Part shown: piece after piece, positions 58,938 to 64,000 of the stretch
How the letters are laid out: each line of letters begins with the position of its first letter
How positions within the stretch are numbered: the first letter of the stretch is position 1
Assembly: GCA_963713865.1 (NCBI GenBank)
Contig: OY970208.1
Coordinates: 2,368,001-2,432,000 of the forward strand
Length of the DNA: 64,000 nt
Reading direction: 5' to 3'
DNA from: an uncultured candidate division Zixibacteria bacterium
GTDB taxonomy: Bacteria > Zixibacteria > MSB-5A5 > RBG-16-43-9
Program-made: the position numbers and the translations under genes
Notes under the pieces: generated by a model
Database searches by the model: none
Seen by the model: only the letters and a program-made list of their open reading frames with translations
Told to the model about the DNA's origin: nothing

Positions 58938-60839
58938 TTAGTTCACCACTTCATAATCTGCATCTACAGCTTTTCCTTTTTCTTCCCCCTCCCCGGTTTT
59001 TGCTTCACCCCTGTCCTGGCTTCCGGATTGAGTCTGGGCAGTTGCCTTCTGATACATCTTTTCCGCGACTTCATGCCAGATTGTGGTTAAAGCTTCACAA
59101 GCCGATTTGATCTCCTGTATCTCCCCTCTTTTCAGGGCTTCTCTGACTCTCCCCACTGCGGTTTCTACTCTGGACTTGGTTTCGCTGTCTAGTTTATCCC
59201 CGTATTCTTTCAGGTTTTTTTCGGTTTCATAAGCTAACTGATCCGCCTTATTTCGTATATCCACCTCTTCTCTTCTCTTTTTGTCCTCAGAGGAATGAGC
59301 TTCTGCATCCTTGACCATCTTTTTAATATCCACATCAGAAAGACCACTGGATGCGGTTATCCTGATACTCTGCTGTTTACCAGTAGCTTTATCTTTAGCT
59401 GATACGTTAAGAATTCCATTTGCGTCAATGTCAAAAGTAACCTCGATCTGGGGAATCCCTCTGGGTGCAGGCGGAAGACCATCTAAATGAAACCGGCCAA
59501 TGGTCTTGTTGTCAAGTGCCATCTCCCTTTCGCCCTGCAAAACGTGAATTTCTACAGAGGTCTGGTCATCCGCTGCAGTGGTGAATATCTCGCTTTTTCT
59601 GGTGGGTATAGTGGTATTTCTCTCGATCAATCTGGTTGAAACTCCGCCTAAGGTTTCAATCCCCAGGGACAGAGGAGTAACATCTAACAACAGCACGTCT
59701 TTCACCTCACCACCCAGAACCGCTCCCTGAATTGCAGCACCAACAGCTACTACTTCATCTGGATTTACACCCTTATGCGGTTCTTTATTGAAAAGTTTTT
59801 TAACCGTCTCCTGAACTTTTGGCATCCTGGTCATCCCGCCGACTAATACCACCTCATCGATCTGGTCAACTGAAAGCTTAGCATCCGCTAACGCTTTTCT
59901 GCAGGGATCTACAGTTCTTTCGATCAGCTCATCCACTAACTGCTCCAATTTTGCACGGGTAAGGGTAATGTTCAGATGTTTTGGTCCATTAGCATCTGCA
60001 GTGATGAACGGTAAATTAATATTAGTCTCTAAGGTAGTGGAAAGCTCCATCTTAGCCTTTTCAGCTGCTTCTTTTAATCTCTGCAAAGCCATCGGGTCTT
60101 TTGAAAGATCGATCCCTTCCTGTTTTTTGAATTCCGAGACTAACCAGTCGATAACTCTTTTATCGAAATCATCCCCGCCTAAATGAGTATCGCCATTTGT
60201 TGATCTTACCTCAAAAACACCTTCACCGATTTCCAGGACAGAGATATCGAAAGTCCCTCCGCCTAAATCGAATACTGCTATCTTCTCATCTTTCTTCTTA
60301 TCCAGACCATAAGCTAAAGAGGCCGCAGTCGGCTCATTGATTATCCTCAAAACATCTAAGCCCGCGATCCTTCCCGCATCTTTGGTTGCCTGGCGCTGTG
60401 AATCGTTAAAATAAGCCGGCACAGTTATAACTGCCTGATTAACTTTTTCACCCAGGTAATCCTCAGCCGTTTGTCTCATCTTCTGCAAAATCATAGCGGA
60501 TATTTCCGGTGGCGAATATTCTTTGTTTTCGATTTTTACCCGGACATCACTATTAGCACCTTCCACTACTTTATAGGGAACGGTCTTTATCTCTGATCCA
60601 ACCTCAGAATATTTTCTACCCATAAACCTTTTTATGGAATAAACCGTATTCTGGGGATTGGTAACTGCCTGTCTTTTTGCCACCTGCCCAACTAACCTTT
60701 CTCCTGTGCGGATAAATCCAACTACGGAGGGGGTTGTTCTCATCCCTTCGGAATTAGGGATAACCTTAGGGTCTTTCCCCTCCATAATAGCCACGCAGGA
60801 GTTGGTTGTGCCTAAGTCTATGCCGATTATTTTTCCCAT
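58938..60839 (-). CDS. dnaK: Chaperone DnaK (Hsp70)
   Basis: [34 protein letters not shown]. Confidence 0.98.
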   Translation of the reverse strand: MGKIIGIDLGTTNSCVAIMEGKDPKVIPNSEGMRTTPSVVGFIRTGERLVGQVAKRQAVTNPQNTVYSIKRFMGRKYSEVGSEIKTVPYKVVEGANSDVRVKIENKEYSPPEISAMILQKMRQTAEDYLGEKVNQAVITVPAYFNDSQRQATKDAGRIAGLDVLRIINEPTAASLAYGLDKKKDEKIAVFDLGGGTFDISVLEIGEGVFEVRSTNGDTHLGGDDFDKRVIDWLVSEFKKQEGIDLSKDPMALQRLKEAAEKAKMELSTTLETNINLPFITADANGPKHLNITLTRAKLEQLVDELIERTVDPCRKALADAKLSVDQIDEVVLVGGMTRMPKVQETVKKLFNKEPHKGVNPDEVVAVGAAIQGAVLGGEVKDVLLLDVTPLSLGIETLGGVSTRLIERNTTIPTRKSEIFTTAADDQTSVEIHVLQGEREMALDNKTIGRFHLDGLPPAPRGIPQIEVTFDIDANGILNVSAKDKATGKQQSIRITASSGLSDVDIKKMVKDAEAHSSEDKKRREEVDIRNKADQLAYETEKNLKEYGDKLDSETKSRVETAVGRVREALKRGEIQEIKSACEALTTIWHEVAEKMYQKATAQTQSGSQDRGEAKTGEGEEKGKAVDADYEVVN

Positions 60840-60900
60840 TTTATTCTCTCCTATATATATGTTTTTTTCGAAATGTCAAGTTTTGTTTTCAATTTTTATT

Positions 60901-61203
60901 GTAGAGACGCATCGCATGCGTCTCTGCATTATTTGTATTTTGTAAGTGGTAGCCGCAGACTTCAGCCTGCGCTTTATCTTTACATTATCCATCCTGTGCT
61001 TGCTGGGTCCCCTGACCCGGCAAGTCCTGTTGCCTTCATTTCCTCACCATCCTGCCTTGCGGGTAAGGTGGGGTTACCATCCTGGTAGGTCAGGCATCTT
61101 ATCATATAGACCCGTTTATAGGGCCTGACCATTATATTCCGCGTCGCGGGCATAAAGCCCGACGCTACGAGCTTTGTAGGGGCACGTTGCAACGTGCCCC
61201 TAC
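60901..61203. repeat. REP cluster including composite copy 60992..61080
   Basis: gtagagacgcatcgcatgcgtctct; gtaggggcacgttgcaacgtgcccctac; 89-bp unit repeated at 61715..61803. Confidence 0.8.
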
Positions 61204-61207
61204 CTCC

Positions 61208-61660
61208 TTAGCTGATATTAATCGGGATCTCTTTAGGCTTTACCTTCTCGCTTTTGGGCAAAGTCACCTTCAGGATTCCATCTTTGAAATTAGCTTTTAT
61301 CTTTTCTGCTTCAACTGGAGTAGGAAGAGTAAACGATCTGCAGAAAGAGCCAAAGCTTCTCTCCAACCTGTAGAAATTAGCATCCTTCTTTTCCTCCTCG
61401 GACTTCTTTTCCCCGCTCAGGGTAATCACATTATCCTGCACTGAAAGCTTTATATCCTCCTTCTTCATCCCCGGCATCTCAGCCGTAACCACTATCTCAT
61501 CCTTGGTCTCAGAGACATCCACATTCGGAGTCCAGAGCCCTTCCTCTGCCTTTAACCATCTCCTGGGGACTCTCCCACCGAAGAAGTTATCAAACAGTTG
61601 ATTCATCTCATCCTGAATTGAGACGATGTCCCTCAAAGGTCTCCATCTGACTATAGCCAT
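61208..61660 (-). CDS. Hsp20/alpha-crystallin small heat shock protein
   Basis: W.P.VDV.ET, ERSFG.F.RSF.LP, DGIL.V.LPK. Confidence 0.93.
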   Translation of the reverse strand: MAIVRWRPLRDIVSIQDEMNQLFDNFFGGRVPRRWLKAEEGLWTPNVDVSETKDEIVVTAEMPGMKKEDIKLSVQDNVITLSGEKKSEEEKKDANFYRLERSFGSFCRSFTLPTPVEAEKIKANFKDGILKVTLPKSEKVKPKEIPINIS

Positions 61661-61714
61661 ACATCCTCACTCCTTTCGGATAGTTAATAGTTAATGGTTC
61701 ATAGTTCATGGTTT

Positions 61715-61803
61715 TCCTGTGCTTGCTGGGTCCCCTGACCCAGCAAGTCCTGGTGCCTTTATTTTCTCACCATCCCACCTTGAGAGCAAGGTGGGGTTAC
61801 CAT
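61715..61803. repeat. Second copy of the 89-bp composite repeat
   Basis: 9 mismatches to 60992..61080 by hand alignment. Confidence 0.85.
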
Positions 61804-61882
61804 TCAGTTGTGTCAGGAGCTACTCCTGACACCAGTTTTTATTTACTCGTCTAACTTCTCACTTCTCACGTCTTACTTTACT

Positions 61883-62314
61883 TTAATTCACTTCCACTGT
61901 CTTACTTACCTTTTCCTTTTTCGGCATTCTGATCTTCAGAATCCCATCCTTAAACTCCGCTTGTATCTTTTCCTTATCCACATTCTCAGGCAGCATAAAC
62001 GACCTGGAAAAGTTCCCGTGATTTATCTCCTCCAACAGATACTCCCCCTCTTTTTCTTTCTTTTTGTTTCCGGTAATGGAGAGAACATCATCCTCCTTGG
62101 TCACTTTAATATCCTCTTTTTTCATACCCGGGAACTCAGCCACCACAAAAATCTCCTCCGGAGTCTCCCCAATATCCACATTTGGACCCCACTCGGACTC
62201 CTGTGGTAAAGGAGCCATTCCTGCGGATGCAAAAGCAGATTTCATATCCGGCCCAATACAAAATACTCCAACATCCCCTCTCTTTTCTCTGTTGCTAATA
62301 ATATTGCAAATCAT
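61883..62314 (-). CDS. Second Hsp20 family protein with atypical N-terminus
   Basis: W.PNVDI.ET, G.F.RSF.LP, FKDGIL.I.MPK. Confidence 0.88.
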   Translation of the reverse strand: MICNIISNREKRGDVGVFCIGPDMKSAFASAGMAPLPQESEWGPNVDIGETPEEIFVVAEFPGMKKEDIKVTKEDDVLSITGNKKKEKEGEYLLEEINHGNFSRSFMLPENVDKEKIQAEFKDGILKIRMPKKEKVSKTVEVN

Positions 62315-62345
62315 CTAAACCTCCTTATTTTCTGTTTATATTATA

Positions 62346-62361
62346 TGCAACTGTTATGCCA
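62346..62361 (-). promoter_or_regulatory. sigma54 (-24/-12) promoter of hsp20-hsp20-dnaK
   Basis: Minus strand TGGCAT-AACAG-TTGCA, 32 nt upstream of the start codon. Confidence 0.78.
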
Positions 62362-62439
62362 GAATTAGGAATTTGGTTTAAGTTAAAATATGGCAATTAC
62401 TTAGATAAAAATAGGATTTGGAAGCTAAAATATTAATAA

Positions 62440-62513
62440 TGCCAGAATGACATTGAGAAGGTCAAATTTGCAGGTAAATATGCAAGATTGACACAATGAC
62501 TGCGAAAATGACA
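62440..62513. promoter_or_regulatory. Four phased 13-bp motifs, putative enhancer-binding-protein sites
   Basis: TGCCAGAATGACA (62440), GGTCAAATTTGCA (62460), TGCAAGATTGACA (62481), TGCGAAAATGACA (62501). Confidence 0.55.
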
Positions 62514-62655
62514 GGGATAAAAAAGTAGAGACGCATCGCTATGCGTCTCTCCAAAAGTAAACTCATCTTGCCCTCACGATGGGTTTATCTTACCCCACCT
62601 TGAGGGCAAGGTTGGGATACGATTATATTTTTATTCTGTGATAACAAACCTAATT

Positions 62656-62990
62656 TTACTTGCCATTAGGCCTCTTTATATGTCCATTTATACCATAGTG
62701 ATTATAGCAATCGAAAACACATTTGCAAAAATTAATCATTCTTTTGTCTTTTTTCTTAATTGCCTCTTTATATAGTCTTATGAGAAATCTTTTTCCAAAC
62801 TCAGTTTGTGAATAATTTTTTTTAAGGAAATTATGCTCAGAACATAAGGTTTGCCCATTCTCTATTGTATTGGTTCCGCCTTTATCTAAAGATATTCTGT
62901 GATTAGCATGTATCTCAACCCCATCCTCTCTTTCTTTCACAAAAAACACACTTGTAGTTGTATCCTTTGTAAATCCTTAATTTTCTGACA
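62656..62990 (-). pseudogene. Frameshifted/degenerate HNH endonuclease C-terminal part
   Basis: YNYKCVFC ends one frame; the next frame continues REDGVEIHANHR...KGG.NTIENGQTLCSEHN..K. Confidence 0.65.
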
Positions 62991-63226
62991 TCTTGCTCAT
63001 AATATTTCAACATAATCCTACAATAGGCATGTGTATGATACCTTTCCGATTCTAAATCCTTGAATTTTCTAGCCCATGAAATTTCAGCTAAATGCACTTG
63101 TGCATAAAGTAATAATTCTCTTCTTCTTACAATTTTAGGCGGATATAGTTCATCTGTTTTGGGTCCATTTTCAAAAACTTCAAAATCTAATATCTTCCAC
63201 TCTCGCTTCGGAATTATTCTTCTCAT
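62915..63226 (-). CDS. Small hypothetical protein whose tail reads into the HNH remnant
   Basis: Overlaps the upstream gene stop (ATGA); last ~25 aa contain the HNH CxxC. Confidence 0.5.
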   Translation of the reverse strand: MRRIIPKREWKILDFEVFENGPKTDELYPPKIVRRRELLLYAQVHLAEISWARKFKDLESERYHTHAYCRIMLKYYEQDVRKLRIYKGYNYKCVFCERKRGWG

Positions 63227-63999
63227 GATTCATTCTCTATTTGTTTTGTTGAAAGTGATTCTATCATCTCAATACTTTTATGTAACTGCAACATCAAGAT
63301 AAATCTGAAACCAGCAGGCGTGATAACGATTTGTCTTCCTATCTTCCCTAATAGACCTAGATCAATAGCGAAATTTAAAAAGGTATAGGTTGCGGTATTT
63401 TGTGATTTTTCAGCTTGCCATTCAGAACTTTTACCACTGACCGTTCTAAACATTTTCACTAAGTCCTTAAAATTAATAGGATAAGAATTTCTGGTTAGAA
63501 GAAATGTACTTTCTACTATTGAGTAAACCCCAAAGACCGTGTTGGAATAAAATGGATCTGCCGCAACAAACTGCTTCAAAATCTCACATTGTGCACTAGT
63601 TATTACTCCTATAAATGTTTCCTCTTTTCCACTTGCAACATATTTATCTCCTAAATCAGTTAAAAAATATTGCTCCGCTCTTTCTCTAACCAATCCAAAT
63701 TCTCTAGCAACTTTTAAATGATTATGAACGCTTCCCTTTGACAGCCCTGTCGCTTCTGCAAGTTTTTCTTGCCTTGTTATTCCACGGTTGAGTGCACCTA
63801 AGACTCTATTGATTAAGCCTATATTAAAAACTCCATAATCTTTCGGCTTGATCCGCAAAAATGGAGTAATAGCAGTTAAATTTTTGAAATACTCATTTAA
63901 AGCATCTATTGGTTGGTATTTAATAATCTCAATATTGTGTGATCTACAAACTTCTTTTTGTTTCTGGTTATATCCAGTTACTAACAAAAACGCTCGAAG
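63223..63999 (-). CDS. C-terminal part of a winged-helix protein, possibly a restriction-type nuclease (open to the right edge)
   Basis: Frame open to the window end (LRAFLLVTG...); LAEATGLSKGSVHNHL..AREFGLV.....YFLTDLG and a second LGLL......ITPAG wHTH-like unit. Confidence 0.55.
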   Translation of the reverse strand, partial: LRAFLLVTGYNQKQKEVCRSHNIEIIKYQPIDALNEYFKNLTAITPFLRIKPKDYGVFNIGLINRVLGALNRGITRQEKLAEATGLSKGSVHNHLKVAREFGLVRERAEQYFLTDLGDKYVASGKEETFIGVITSAQCEILKQFVAADPFYSNTVFGVYSIVESTFLLTRNSYPINFKDLVKMFRTVSGKSSEWQAEKSQNTATYTFLNFAIDLGLLGKIGRQIVITPAGFRFILMLQLHKSIEMIESLSTKQIENES

Positions 64000-64000
64000 T

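Noticed and set aside
732-62318. Numerous short ORFs antisense to, or out of frame within, long genes (e.g. 1302..1694, 17212..17718, 39600..40046, 49750..50388)
   Set aside because: Shadow ORFs of well-supported genes, with no motifs of their own
60840-62440. CIRCE (HrcA) operator near dnaK/hsp20
   Set aside because: No TTAGCACTC-N9-GAGTGCTAA seen by eye

Overview
AT-rich bacterial chromosomal segment, almost all on the minus strand. The dockerin signature and gene content suggest Ca. Zixibacteria (inference). Left to right it holds: most of an F0F1 ATP synthase operon (atpZ-I-B-E-F-H-A-G, truncated at the left edge); a murJ-comEC-DUF4388-membrane protein-TPR/roadblock-TM/roadblock-roadblock-mglA-mglB-pilB cluster; rpsT; a ferredoxin + geranylgeranyl reductase pair; a Rieske protein + cytochrome b/subunit IV/diheme c fusion; pgeF and rel; an LPS cluster (GT2, GT4, msbA, GT9) interrupted by a 2TM-TPR repeat gene; a three-gene porin-multiheme cytochrome unit; a dockerin protein; rlmH, an M24 peptidase, yjbQ, ftsY, HEPN/MNT, smc, rodZ, maf, dtd; a sigma54-type pilV-W-X operon; rpoZ, dnaK and two hsp20 genes behind a sigma54 promoter with four phased upstream motifs; and the edge of a probable defence island. 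Intergenic DNA is packed with REP-like palindromes and degenerate 7-8-mer repeats. Four genes (atpA, a membrane glycosyltransferase, comEC, yjbQ) carry apparent +1 insertions that are most likely sequencing errors. The best candidate for an undescribed system is the MglA module with four roadblock-domain proteins, several membrane anchors, and ComEC and PilB on either side. No rRNA, tRNA, CRISPR array or transposase was recognised.
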